A DNA stretch of 59,052 nt from Ignavibacteria bacterium (GTDB lineage Bacteria; Bacteroidota; Ignavibacteria; Tepidaquicellales; OLB5), in assembly GCA_014879675.1 (NCBI GenBank), contig JACSRQ010000138.1:1-59052 (forward strand), given 5' to 3'. Made by a program: the position numbers and the translations under genes. This document shows, piece after piece, positions 10,419 to 20,155 of this stretch. Position 1 is the first letter of the stretch. The number at the start of each line of letters is the position of its first letter. Below the pieces are notes generated by a model, which saw only the letters and a list, made by a program, of their open reading frames with translations, searched no databases and was not told the origin of the DNA.

Positions 10419-11126
10419 TCAGTCAAATTTAGTTAAGCCTAAAGTTTTAAAACAATTGAAAATAAAAGATACTAATATAAATAGATATATAATTGAGAGT
10501 ATTAATAGATATATCGCATTTATAGACGCTATATCATTATAGAAATCATTTAGGTCAATTATTAACAAAGAAAACAATGAAAACAATAGAATAAAAGTTG
10601 AAATGATTATGAAGAAAGTTAATTTGATTTTCAACCGATAATGCTTGTACTTTATTTCAAAATAAAAAGTACTTGCAGCATCAATTGATTTATATGATGG
10701 ATGTTTGTTAAAGCCATCCCTTTTTTTTAATACTTGCTCAATAAAATAATGAATTCCATAGGTTGTCACAGACATGCTATCTTCATCATTCAATATTAAT
10801 CCATTTTTTGAGATTATGCTCTCTAGTTTAGACGTTATTCCATTCATTGCGTTGTAAACTCTTTCAGAGTAAAAAATATAAAACATTGACCCTAGTGTGA
10901 ATATCGCAGCGAATCCCTGAAATGTAGAACTAAAGAAATATCTTAATGAATCTTTGGCATAGTGAATTGGTGAAAAATAACTTATCAGTAGATAACATAT
11001 AAAATATCCAACAATTAATAATGTTAAAAAGACAATTATTCGTCCAGTGTTTGTTATCATCATTAAATACAATATATTATTTTTAAAGAAGTGCTGAAAG
11101 TATCTTAATATACTTCTAATCCACAA
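10419..11126 (-). CDS. Hypothetical multi-pass membrane protein (AT-rich)
   Basis: About 4 hydrophobic segments around a soluble middle region; start codon uncertain. Confidence 0.6.
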   Translation of the reverse strand: MWIRSILRYFQHFFKNNILYLMMITNTGRIIVFLTLLIVGYFICYLLISYFSPIHYAKDSLRYFFSSTFQGFAAIFTLGSMFYIFYSERVYNAMNGITSKLESIISKNGLILNDEDSMSVTTYGIHYFIEQVLKKRDGFNKHPSYKSIDAASTFYFEIKYKHYRLKIKLTFFIIISTFILLFSLFSLLIIDLNDFYNDIASINAIYLLILSIIYLFILVSFIFNCFKTLGLTKFD

Positions 11127-11306
11127 ACTTACGACCTAGAAGAAAACTTAACAATGTAATTCTCATAATAAGGTATTTAAAATTCCTTTTTTTGTAAAGT
11201 CGTTTAAACAGTATCATTCCATCGTTACTGCCTGAGCTTCCATTACGGCAGGCAGGCGCTCCGATCTTCAAGGCAAGCGCGCGAGCCTATTTTCGTTCCT
11301 AAAACT

Positions 11307-13685
11307 TTACCCGCCTCCGGTATCTGTATCAACATAATAATCCTCCACGGTTTCGATTCCCGGTTCTATCTCATTATTCTCCACAGGCTTGTTCCTTTCA
11401 AAAATATTCACAGCAAGAGGGGGGAGCGTAACTTTTATTGAGTTCTCCCAATTTTTTGATTTGACAGGTTCAGATTCCTTACCGCCCATGTTGCCTATTC
11501 CCGAGCCGCCGTAAATTTCTGCGTCACTGTTGAATATTTCTTTCCAGTATCCCGCCTCGGGCACACCTACGGTGTAATCATTTCGGACTGTCGGCGTCAT
11601 ATTAAAAGTGAAGAGCAAAATCTGGTTCCTATCTTTCGTGAAACGGCAAAATGAAAGCACACTGTTCAGTGCGTCTGAAAAATCTACCCACTGGAATCCC
11701 TCACTCGAAAAATCAACTTCATACATTGCGGGATGTGAGGTGTACAGATTGTTCAGGTCGCTGGAGAACAGATTGAACTTCCTGTTCAGTTCAACAAGCT
11801 CAAGCAGGTTCCATTCCAGCGAAACTTCGCTGTTCCACTCGTTGTACTGCGCAATATCGGTTGTCATAAAATTCAGTTTCTTGCCGGGATGCCCCATCAT
11901 GAAACCAAGGAACAATCTGAGATTGGCAAACTTCTGCCACGTATCGCCGGGCATTTTTTCGAGCAGCGATTTCTTGCCATGCACAACTTCATCATGCGAG
12001 ATCGGCAGCACAAAATTTTCGCTGAATGCATACCAAAGCGAAAATGTGATCTTGCCCTGGTGAAACTTACGGTGAATAGGATCTTTGCTGAAATAAAGCA
12101 GTATATCATTCATCCAGCCCATGTTCCATTTCATATCAAATCCAAGACCACCATTGGCAACGGTGTGAGAAACACCCGGCCAGCTTGTAGATTCCTCCGC
12201 TATCATAACTGCATGCGGATAGTAATTGTGAACGATATCATTCAGGTGCTTCAAAAATTCAACGGCTTCCAGATTTTCCCTGCCGCCGTGTACATTAGGT
12301 TCCCATTCGCCCTGCTCGCGGCTGTAATCAAGATACAGCATCGATGCAACCGCATCAACACGCAAACCATCTATGTGATACTTCTCCAGCCAGAATAGTG
12401 CGCTTGAGATGAGGAAATTCCAAACCTGGGGACGCGAGTAATCGAATACATATGTATTCCAGTCTTTGTGGAAACCCTTTTTCATGTTCTCATAACCATA
12501 TATCTGCTTACCGTCATAATATGCCAGTGCATGTTCATCCGATGGGAAGTGCGCCGGAACCCAGTCCAGAATTACTCCAATACCATTCTGGTGGCAGTGA
12601 TCAACAAAGTACATGAACGCATCAGGATCGCCGAAGCGGCTAGTGGGGGCGTAGTAATGAGTTACCTGGTAGCCCCATGAAATATCAAGCGGGTGCTCCA
12701 TTACAGGCATAAGTTCAATGTGTGTGTAACCCATACTTTTTACGTATGCAACTATATCCCTTGAAAGCTGGCTGTAGCTTAAGTAACCCCATTCGTTTGG
12801 GAATTCTGTATTATCGTAATTCTTTTTCCATGAACCAAGGTGTAGTTCATAAATGTTCATGGGCTCATCTTTAAGCAACTTGCCTTCTGATGTTAACTTA
12901 TCTATTTTGTTAAACCATGCGTCATCATTCCATTCATACTTTGTTATATCATGAACAACGCATGCGTTTTTAGGCCTGTGTTCGGAGCGAAATGCATAAG
13001 GATCAATTTTCCGCCGAGTGACTCCATCAACATTGCTGTTGATAGAAAACTTATATGTATCGCCTTCTTTCATTCCTTCGATGAATGCACTCCACAGGCC
13101 GGAATCATGCACCTTCCACATGGTGTGTTTACCTTCCTGCCAGCCGTTGAACTCGCCTATGATATCGATGGAATTTGCATTCGGCGCCCATGTTGTGAAA
13201 CGCACACCGCTTTTTCCATCTTCAATGGTTAGCTGCGCGCCAAACTTCTCATACACTTTATAAAATGTTCCGTTGTTGAAAAGGTGTGCATCAAAATCTG
13301 TGACAAGCTTTGTTTGCTCTCCGGGTTTGGGATCTTCAATATCCTTTGTTTGAGTTGTCTCATCATCTTTTGAGTCCGGCTCACGTACCGGTTTCACTTG
13401 CAAAGGGTCAGAGGCTTCCGCAAGGACGATCCTTGGTTTTACATTTTCAGGGGTGATTTCATCATTAATCTCTGTGATCTTATCCTGCGGCAAAGGTTTT
13501 TCTTCAGTCAATGGTTCGGTTGTTTGAGAATTTTTATGATCCGTCTCAATATTTTGGGCGGGATCGGTGATGTTTTCTTTCTGTTCCGGATTCAACTCGG
13601 CGGCTATTTTACGCCTTCTCTCTTCCGCAATTTCTTCAATGCTCTTTGGTTTATTTTCGTTCCCTTTTGAATTATCGTCTGTCAT
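11307..13685 (-). CDS. glgB: 1,4-alpha-glucan branching enzyme (GH13) with a long acidic N-terminal extension
   Basis: 'WAPNA', 'IYELHLGSW', 'SWGYQ', 'GLRVDAVASMLY', 'IAEESTSWP', 'SHDEVVHGK'. Confidence 0.95.
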   Translation of the reverse strand: MTDDNSKGNENKPKSIEEIAEERRRKIAAELNPEQKENITDPAQNIETDHKNSQTTEPLTEEKPLPQDKITEINDEITPENVKPRIVLAEASDPLQVKPVREPDSKDDETTQTKDIEDPKPGEQTKLVTDFDAHLFNNGTFYKVYEKFGAQLTIEDGKSGVRFTTWAPNANSIDIIGEFNGWQEGKHTMWKVHDSGLWSAFIEGMKEGDTYKFSINSNVDGVTRRKIDPYAFRSEHRPKNACVVHDITKYEWNDDAWFNKIDKLTSEGKLLKDEPMNIYELHLGSWKKNYDNTEFPNEWGYLSYSQLSRDIVAYVKSMGYTHIELMPVMEHPLDISWGYQVTHYYAPTSRFGDPDAFMYFVDHCHQNGIGVILDWVPAHFPSDEHALAYYDGKQIYGYENMKKGFHKDWNTYVFDYSRPQVWNFLISSALFWLEKYHIDGLRVDAVASMLYLDYSREQGEWEPNVHGGRENLEAVEFLKHLNDIVHNYYPHAVMIAEESTSWPGVSHTVANGGLGFDMKWNMGWMNDILLYFSKDPIHRKFHQGKITFSLWYAFSENFVLPISHDEVVHGKKSLLEKMPGDTWQKFANLRLFLGFMMGHPGKKLNFMTTDIAQYNEWNSEVSLEWNLLELVELNRKFNLFSSDLNNLYTSHPAMYEVDFSSEGFQWVDFSDALNSVLSFCRFTKDRNQILLFTFNMTPTVRNDYTVGVPEAGYWKEIFNSDAEIYGGSGIGNMGGKESEPVKSKNWENSIKVTLPPLAVNIFERNKPVENNEIEPGIETVEDYYVDTDTGGG

Positions 13686-13702
13686 TTTGTAGAGTATAAA
13701 AA

Positions 13703-14713
13703 TTAATTTGTTGGCTGGAAAATTGCCATGCCGCCTTCGGCAGCAGCCATAAAAATATAGCCGCCAAAATACATTATTCCCGTTGCCGAGCTGTTCGTCT
13801 GCAGGTAACCTGCTTCAACGGGTGAGTTGGGATTTGACACATTAACATTTTCTACCCCGTAATTATTATCAGCGCAGAATACATTATTGTTGTTGGCATA
13901 AACAGCCAGTATCTGACCCGTGCCGGTAAACTTTGATTTCAGCACAGGGGCCTGTGGATTAGATACATCCATGATCAGCATTCCGTTATATGAATCAGCT
14001 ACATATGCGTAACCGGTGTTTACCACAACATCACTTGTAATACCTGCGGTATTCGTAAGTGAAACATTTTGCGGTGAAGAGGGATTTGTGACATCGATTA
14101 TTTTCAGCCCGATATCACCGCAGGCAATGTATAGATAGTTACCCGATGCGTAGAGGCTGTTAATGCTCTGGCTTCCGGTATATCCGGCATTAAGCAATGT
14201 TGGCTCGCCGGGCAGATTGGAAATATCATATATCTGGTAATTGCCCGCTCCGGCAGAGAGGTAAAGCAGATTTCGGCTTGCGTCAACAAATGAAGTGTTT
14301 ACCAAACCTATCCCGGCATTTAGCGTGCCGGCTAAATAGGGATTTAATGGATTTGATATATCAACTATATCAAGACCGTTGCTGTAATCAGATACAAATG
14401 CGTAAAGATCGCCGTTGATACCTGCTGCCGTTACGTCGTTTGCACTGCCTTCGGTATTATATGATGAAACTGAATCCGGCGCGTTTACAAGAGTTACATC
14501 GATTATCTGCATGCCGTTGGAACCATCTGCAATCAGCGCATAGTTCCTGCCGCTAATGGGGAGCACATACACTGCATTTGTAGATGCATTAGTACTGTAA
14601 GTGCTGATCAGGCTGATGTTGGAGCTTTCAACAACCGGCGTGATAGGATCACTTTTGCATCCGGTTAATATGATAATCATAAATAAACAAAACAGGATAA
14701 TAGTATTCTTCAT
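13703..14713 (-). CDS. LVIVD-repeat beta-propeller lipoprotein
   Basis: Lipobox 'LTGC'; repeated 'YAYVAD..NG..I.DVSNP..P'. Confidence 0.85.
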   Translation of the reverse strand: MKNTIILFCLFMIIILTGCKSDPITPVVESSNISLISTYSTNASTNAVYVLPISGRNYALIADGSNGMQIIDVTLVNAPDSVSSYNTEGSANDVTAAGINGDLYAFVSDYSNGLDIVDISNPLNPYLAGTLNAGIGLVNTSFVDASRNLLYLSAGAGNYQIYDISNLPGEPTLLNAGYTGSQSINSLYASGNYLYIACGDIGLKIIDVTNPSSPQNVSLTNTAGITSDVVVNTGYAYVADSYNGMLIMDVSNPQAPVLKSKFTGTGQILAVYANNNNVFCADNNYGVENVNVSNPNSPVEAGYLQTNSSATGIMYFGGYIFMAAAEGGMAIFQPTN

Positions 14714-14863
14714 ATAATAATTTATGGTTATTCTTCTAATTTATGAGAATAATTTCATATTAGTTATGCATTAAAATTTTCCAGAAAGAGGCAAAAACAA
14801 AAGCGGACACGAATTACACAAATGTTCACGAATTTGATTCAAGGGGCTAATTCACGGGATCGG

Positions 14864-14983
14864 TGTTTCCCAAACAGGAGTTTGGGAAACAGGCGTTCTG
14901 TATTGAACCGGGGTTTCTTTTTGGAGTGCACTGACTGTGTCAGTGCTTAATGATATTTTCATCCAGCACTCCAAGAAAAGAAA
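14864..14983. repeat. REP-like palindromes (TTTCCCAAAC..GTTTGGGAAA; TTGGAGTGCACTGACTGTGTCAGTGC plus an inverted half copy)
   Basis: Related copies at 41276-41301 and 49488-49569. Confidence 0.8.
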
Positions 14984-14989
14984 CTAGCG

Positions 14990-15571
14990 TTACATTTCTA
15001 TTTTTATGTCATACTTGTTTAACAATCCAATTACCTGTGGGATCGAGAATTTGGCTTTCTTGATGCGGTTTATTTCGGGATCGATGGTGTAATTGAATGA
15101 GCTGCGGAAGTCTACTTTTTCGAGATTCGTACTTTTGAATATGGCGCCGGCAAGATCGCATTTCCCGAATACCGAGCTTGTGAAATCTGATTCACTGAAA
15201 TCTATGTTTACAAGCCTGCACTCTGTAAACAGTGTCTTCTTCAAAATAGTTTTATAAAATGAGGAATCATTCAATATACACTTGTCAAATGATACGGCCA
15301 GGCCGAACTCATGGCATTCTTCGAATTTGAGTCCAAGCATTTTGCATTCTAAGAACTTAACATCCCTGAGCGAAGTGTTAGCCAGCTTGACCATGCTAAG
15401 ATCACATGACATGAATTCACACTCAATGAATTTATAATCGTTCAGCCGCACCTTGCTGAAATTGCAGTTGGTGAAGATACACTTTTCATACTCCCCAAAA
15501 GGCAGGGGAGCCAGGTTGAATTCAGTATCTTCAAAGTTTTTTTCGTAGAAATATTCCTCAACAGTTTTCAT
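14990..15571 (-). CDS. Pentapeptide repeat protein
   Basis: Regular [C/F]xF.. pentapeptide periodicity; C-terminal 'IDPE.NRIKKAKFS'. Confidence 0.9.
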   Translation of the reverse strand: MKTVEEYFYEKNFEDTEFNLAPLPFGEYEKCIFTNCNFSKVRLNDYKFIECEFMSCDLSMVKLANTSLRDVKFLECKMLGLKFEECHEFGLAVSFDKCILNDSSFYKTILKKTLFTECRLVNIDFSESDFTSSVFGKCDLAGAIFKSTNLEKVDFRSSFNYTIDPEINRIKKAKFSIPQVIGLLNKYDIKIEM

Positions 15572-16035
15572 TTTTCCTGTTTATCCTGTAATTCTTTATT
15601 AAAACATACACTGTTTTCAATCCCCGCATACTGTCCGTAATTAGGGATTTGTACATAACCATTCTTTTTGTATAAAGCGATAGCTTCCGGCTGGCGTTTG
15701 CCGGTTTCAAGGATGCATTTATTATAACCAAGCTCCATTGCCCATTTTTCAAGTTCGTTCACTACAAGCGAAGCGATTCCTTTGCCGCGCAGGGTCAACG
15801 GGACAAACATACGCTTAACTTCCATTGTGTCTGCGGAATAATGTTTAATTGCGCCGCAGCCGGCAGGCGTGTCATTTTCATAAGCAACTATCACATGCTT
15901 TATTGAATCAAGCTTGTTGAATTGATTGTAGAACTCACGGTCTTTGCCATCACGGACTGCAAGATCTGCATCAAGCTCTTTTACCAAATCAAGAAACACA
16001 GTGTTTTCGGAATTCGTTCTTTCGAATGTTATCAT
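15568..16035 (-). CDS. GNAT family N-acetyltransferase
   Basis: 'EVKRMFV...RGKGIA', 'LETG..QPEAIALY.K.GY'. Confidence 0.92.
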   Translation of the reverse strand: MITFERTNSENTVFLDLVKELDADLAVRDGKDREFYNQFNKLDSIKHVIVAYENDTPAGCGAIKHYSADTMEVKRMFVPLTLRGKGIASLVVNELEKWAMELGYNKCILETGKRQPEAIALYKKNGYVQIPNYGQYAGIENSVCFNKELQDKQEK

Positions 16036-16053
16036 TTTGTAAAAATATTCCTT

Positions 16054-16410
16054 TTAATATAACAGCCTATATAACATAATTAAAATTGCAATTAAAACTA
16101 TTATGGAATAGATCAGCTTATTATGCTTTGCCAGCCAGTGAGGCAGGTAGATATCAAAATTTGCACGGTCGGAATCAGAATATCGTTTTGCAAGTAACGT
16201 CACCGGACAAACTCTTTTAAATACCAGCAGGATTAAAGTCTCGATACCGATAAGTCCAAGGCATATCCACACCCAAATATCGATCTTGTTTAGAATCACC
16301 GCATAGAGAAGGTAAAATATCACGATGTTAAAAAATATCCATATTGCCGTGTGTAGAAGCTTCACCAACACAAGCTTTGATGCAGGCTGGATATTTTTAT
16401 TGCTGCTCAT
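16054..16410 (-). CDS. Small membrane protein, hypothetical
   Basis: Three hydrophobic segments; 'KLLHT', 'CPVT', 'NFDIYLP.WLA'. The ATG at 16410 is preferred over the TTG at 16431. Confidence 0.75.
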   Translation of the reverse strand: MSSNKNIQPASKLVLVKLLHTAIWIFFNIVIFYLLYAVILNKIDIWVWICLGLIGIETLILLVFKRVCPVTLLAKRYSDSDRANFDIYLPHWLAKHNKLIYSIIVLIAILIMLYRLLY

Positions 16411-16589
16411 GAGTTTATTATATCCATCCAATTACAAAAACGGAATATAGAGACCGCAGAGAATCCGGTTAAATGTTTTTCCATATTGTATATTTACAAA
16501 ATTAGCTAATAGGGGTATAACTTACTATGATATACTCAAGGCGGCAGTTGCATCGTGAAGAAAGTCCTAACTAAACCAACCGCACAGAA

Positions 16590-17267
16590 TCACTTAGCTC
16601 GGAAAAATAGTGCACCCACAACTGATAAAATATTGAATACCGCATGGCATATTATGACTTCCCATGCAGAACGCTTGCGGAGGAATACGAGTGCGTTCAG
16701 GAATCCGCCTATACCTGTACCGATTGCGAGATTTGTTCCCTGGTAAAGATGCCCGATGCCGAAAATTACTGAAGTGATCAGAATTGCAGTATAGAGTCCA
16801 TACTTGCCAAACCATTTTTCAAATCGTGTAAGTACAAATATACGCTGAAGTTCTTCCGCAAATGCAGCGAGCGTTACAACGGGTATCCACCAAATCAGGT
16901 TGCCGGGATCCCTCATAAATGCTAATATATCTGAAGCAGGCTTGGGAGAGGGATTAACCGAAGCGAGCAGGGGATTGATAACAATATTAATTAATATCCA
17001 TGTGGCAAATCCGAATCCTATGCCAAACATAACCTGTTTTAATAGTCCATTTTTCCTGAATCCCAACTGATCAAATTTATCACCTTCCAGTTTCAGCAGG
17101 ATTATTACAGCAGCAATTACTATTAACTTTATCTTTACGATCGAAAGCAGTATTTCGGTAAGTGTTGCGGGCAATTCCGGCACTGTACGCGCTGTTACAG
17201 CTATAACATACCCCCAGTAAGCAAGAACTGCGGCGAGAGAAATGATAAAAGCGGCTCGTTTGTTCAT
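16590..17267 (-). CDS. CPBP family (CAAX/Abi) intramembrane glutamic endopeptidase
   Basis: 'AEELQR', 'FGIGHLYQG', 'CHAVFN'. Likely start is MNKRAA (17267); the ORF extends to 17327. Confidence 0.85.
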   Translation of the reverse strand: MNKRAAFIISLAAVLAYWGYVIAVTARTVPELPATLTEILLSIVKIKLIVIAAVIILLKLEGDKFDQLGFRKNGLLKQVMFGIGFGFATWILINIVINPLLASVNPSPKPASDILAFMRDPGNLIWWIPVVTLAAFAEELQRIFVLTRFEKWFGKYGLYTAILITSVIFGIGHLYQGTNLAIGTGIGGFLNALVFLRKRSAWEVIICHAVFNILSVVGALFFRAK

Positions 17268-17405
17268 TAATTTCAGTATTATTACGGAGGCTTTTGTGTT
17301 TTTGAGATGTTTCAGGAATCTTCCCATGGGGCTTGGGAATATTAATTTTGACGATAGTAATAGTGTAAAGGTTTCATTTTATGTACTCTTGAAAATTATC
17401 TTTTT

Positions 17406-17528
17406 TGTCGGGAGGAAACTCCCGACAGCACCATACTCCGACGGCACCGAGTTGCCGACATCACTATACTGCCGACAGTGCCGGGTTGCCAATATGCTAG
17501 GTGGCGTCGGGTCTTACGACCTGACGCA
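17406..17528. repeat. Hairpin, 16-17 bp tandem repeats (CCGAC...) and a REP-like palindrome
   Basis: TGTCGGGAG-GAAA-CTCCCGACA; then ccgacagcaccatact / ccgacggcaccgagttg / ccgacatcactatactg / ccgacagtgccgggttg. 17501-17528 is an inverted copy of the 8433/22214 element. Confidence 0.8.
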
Positions 17529-17533
17529 AAAAG

Positions 17534-18604
17534 CTAAAACAATTCTTCCTGGCCTGGTTTCAGGCGGCGAAAAAGATCTGTGCGCAGGGGATTGTGTGAT
17601 TTATTCAGACCATATTTAGTGCACATGGTTTTGAAAAGCTGATGAACATGCTCGGCGTATTTTCCTTCACCTTTGAATCTGGTGCCGAACTCATGGCTTG
17701 AGAGCTCACCGCCGCGAATATCCCTAATACGTTTGATTATCTTCGAAGCTTTTTCAGGATACATGCGCCCGAGCCACTCTTCAAACAGATCTTTGATTGA
17801 GTAGGGAAGCCTTAGCATTACCATTCCCGCCGATGCTGCACCTGCTTCAGATGCTGCCTTCAGGATTGCGGGAATTTCCTCATCATTTAATCCGGGAATT
17901 ATCGGAGCGGTATTAACGCCAACCGGAATTCCCGCTGCAGCAAGATTACTGATCGTTTCAAGCCGCTTTGATGGAACGGATGTACGCGGCTCCATTCGCC
18001 TGGAGAGATCGCGGTTGAGAGTTGTGATCGATACCACAGTTTTAATGAGCTGCATGGATGCGAGTTCTTTCAACAGGTCGATATCGCGCTGGATGAGCGC
18101 GTTTTTTGTTATCATGCCTAATGGATTGCGGAACTTAAGAAATACCTTAAGGCACTCACGTGTGATCTCAAGCTTGCGCTCGATCGGCTGATAGCAATCA
18201 GTATTGCCCGAAAACATTACGACCTGCGGCTGCCATGATTTCTTGCTGAATGCTTCTTCAAGCAGGCGTGGAGCATTCTTTTTTACCATTATCTTGGTTT
18301 CGAAATCGAGTCCGGCCGAAAATCCCAAATACTCATGCGTTGGCCTGGCATAACAATAAATACACCCATGTTCGCAGCCGCGGTATGGATTTATGCTGTA
18401 GTCAAAACCAAGATCCGGCGAGTCATTTTTAGCCAGTATGGATTTAGTATCATCATTATAGAATTTCGTCTGTATCTTCCGCGGTTCTTCGTCGGGATCT
18501 ATGTAATCATCGGCGTAATCAGCGGTATAATCAATACTAATGGGCTCAAACCTGTTTTGGGTATTGATACCGGCGCCGCGCGATTTTAGGTCAATATTCT
18601 TCAT
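17534..18604 (-). CDS. PA0069/Rv2578c-family radical SAM protein (SPL-like)
   Basis: 'SINPYRGCEHGCIYCYARPTH' CxxxCxxC; 'NTDCYQP.E'. Confidence 0.92.
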   Translation of the reverse strand: MKNIDLKSRGAGINTQNRFEPISIDYTADYADDYIDPDEEPRKIQTKFYNDDTKSILAKNDSPDLGFDYSINPYRGCEHGCIYCYARPTHEYLGFSAGLDFETKIMVKKNAPRLLEEAFSKKSWQPQVVMFSGNTDCYQPIERKLEITRECLKVFLKFRNPLGMITKNALIQRDIDLLKELASMQLIKTVVSITTLNRDLSRRMEPRTSVPSKRLETISNLAAAGIPVGVNTAPIIPGLNDEEIPAILKAASEAGAASAGMVMLRLPYSIKDLFEEWLGRMYPEKASKIIKRIRDIRGGELSSHEFGTRFKGEGKYAEHVHQLFKTMCTKYGLNKSHNPLRTDLFRRLKPGQEELF

Positions 18605-18637
18605 GTGGATAATTTACAACAAAAAATTATAAGTTGT

Positions 18638-18654
18638 GTATCATTGAATGATAC
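18638..18654. promoter_or_regulatory. Perfect inverted repeat, candidate operator
   Basis: GTATCATT-G-AATGATAC lies about 34 nt upstream of the radical SAM start, in a divergent intergenic region. Confidence 0.4.
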
Positions 18655-18918
18655 TAATTCATAAGTCTATGTTTCACAATCTGTAATGCACTTTTCCGTA
18701 TAAAGCAGAGTTTGGTAGTTTCAATATCGGAATAATGGAAGTAATTTAGAAATAGATTTCAGGAAATATCTTTCTATTGAACTAACTTGCGCCATTGCGA
18801 CTTCGCGGGAAAGATACAATTTAACGCAGAGCCGCAAATACACAAAGGAAAAACTAGCCACAATATATTAAAGAGCAAAAATATCATTATGGTTTCAAAG
18901 CTAATGTTCCCGTTTTAT

Positions 18919-19119
18919 ATGGATCTCACCCGTCCATGCCTGACATGCCAGTATTATTGCAGGCATCAGAGCATGGGTGACTCTGCCCTTGTGGCCCAAA
19001 AGCGGAAGAAGGAGGGCGAATCAGTTGAATACGAGCCCGGCATGAAATACTGCCTGAAGAATAAACAATTCGTTTACTTCAACTGGAATTGCGGGAATCA
19101 TAAGATATGGAAGCAGTAA
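18919..19119 (+). CDS. Small Cys-rich hypothetical protein
   Basis: 'CLTCQYYC...C(x12)C'. Start is 18919 or 18889; the ORF-track extension to 18787 runs through a repeat. Confidence 0.55.
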   Translation: MDLTRPCLTCQYYCRHQSMGDSALVAQKRKKEGESVEYEPGMKYCLKNKQFVYFNWNCGNHKIWKQ

Positions 19120-19224
19120 ACTAAATTACTGTTTTTATAGTTTGAAATATGTATATTTGAAATAGGGTAGTTCCTTAAACTACAACAAGAATTGCCCTGC
19201 ATCACTAACCTAAAAGTGAAAGAA

Positions 19225-19944
19225 ATGAAATATTCCTTAGTAGCTGTTTTCGTTCTTGTATTGATTTTATCCCACAGTGGTTGCGGTGATGACAACTCTT
19301 CGTCGAGCGAGAATTCTCCGCCTACATCTCCAAATTTGATAAGTCCGCCAAATGGATCTATAGATTCTGTCAATGTGCTTAATTTCACCTGGAGTTCATC
19401 TCAAAACGCAAGTTCATACAGGATACAGATATCAATGGATTCTGGCTTCACTCAATTGTTAGCCGATACTACACTAACCGCAACAAGTTATGACTTTACA
19501 GCAAGCCTTCAGCCATCGACAATATATTACTGGAGAGTCTGTGCAATTAATAGTTATGGACAAGGGAGTTACTCGAATATATGGTCATTCATAACTGCTT
19601 CAATTGTCATAACTCAAACTATTGAGGGATATTGGGTATTGGTATATTCAGCAGGCTCGCTTGATGTTTGTCCGGGTGAGGAAGTTAGATTCCCAAACAG
19701 TGTATCAGGTACGGCAGAGTTGAAGTGTCCGAACCAATCAATGATATATAGAAATTATACTGTAAGTGCGGGCATTCTTACATATACGGCTTCGGGCATC
19801 CGGTATTTGATCAGCTTTACGCAAAACAGCGAGCTTGTATTGAGCGGCATAAACAATAACAGGATATTGTATTATGCATTGATCTTGCCAAGGAGGGAAG
19901 TTGAAGTAAAGGGAGGCAGAAGCGGATGGAATTCTTCGGAGTAG
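19225..19944 (+). CDS. Lipoprotein with an FN3/Ig-like domain and a lipocalin-like C-terminal domain
   Basis: Lipobox 'HSGC'; 'LISPPNG..FTW...A.SYRIQIS...TIYYWRV.AIN..G' FN3-like. The C-terminal domain is paralogous to 53858..54319. Confidence 0.75.
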   Translation: MKYSLVAVFVLVLILSHSGCGDDNSSSSENSPPTSPNLISPPNGSIDSVNVLNFTWSSSQNASSYRIQISMDSGFTQLLADTTLTATSYDFTASLQPSTIYYWRVCAINSYGQGSYSNIWSFITASIVITQTIEGYWVLVYSAGSLDVCPGEEVRFPNSVSGTAELKCPNQSMIYRNYTVSAGILTYTASGIRYLISFTQNSELVLSGINNNRILYYALILPRREVEVKGGRSGWNSSE

Positions 19945-20155
19945 AAAATTCCTTTTCGTTGATATTCCAAAATTGCATTATGAATAACTCTAAGTAAATT
20001 TGAGTTCATTTTTATGAACACCATGGAATAGTATTTATCATTCGTGTCAATTAGTGAAATTCGTGTCTGAGCTTTTGATTCTGTTTCTTTACAATTTTTC
20101 AGTAATTTCGGCAATTTTGGATTGATTAATATTCATTTTTCTGCCATATTTGTGG

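Noticed and set aside
14990-15571. Qnr quinolone-resistance gene
   Set aside because: A generic chromosomal pentapeptide repeat protein; Qnr-specific loops cannot be supported by eye.
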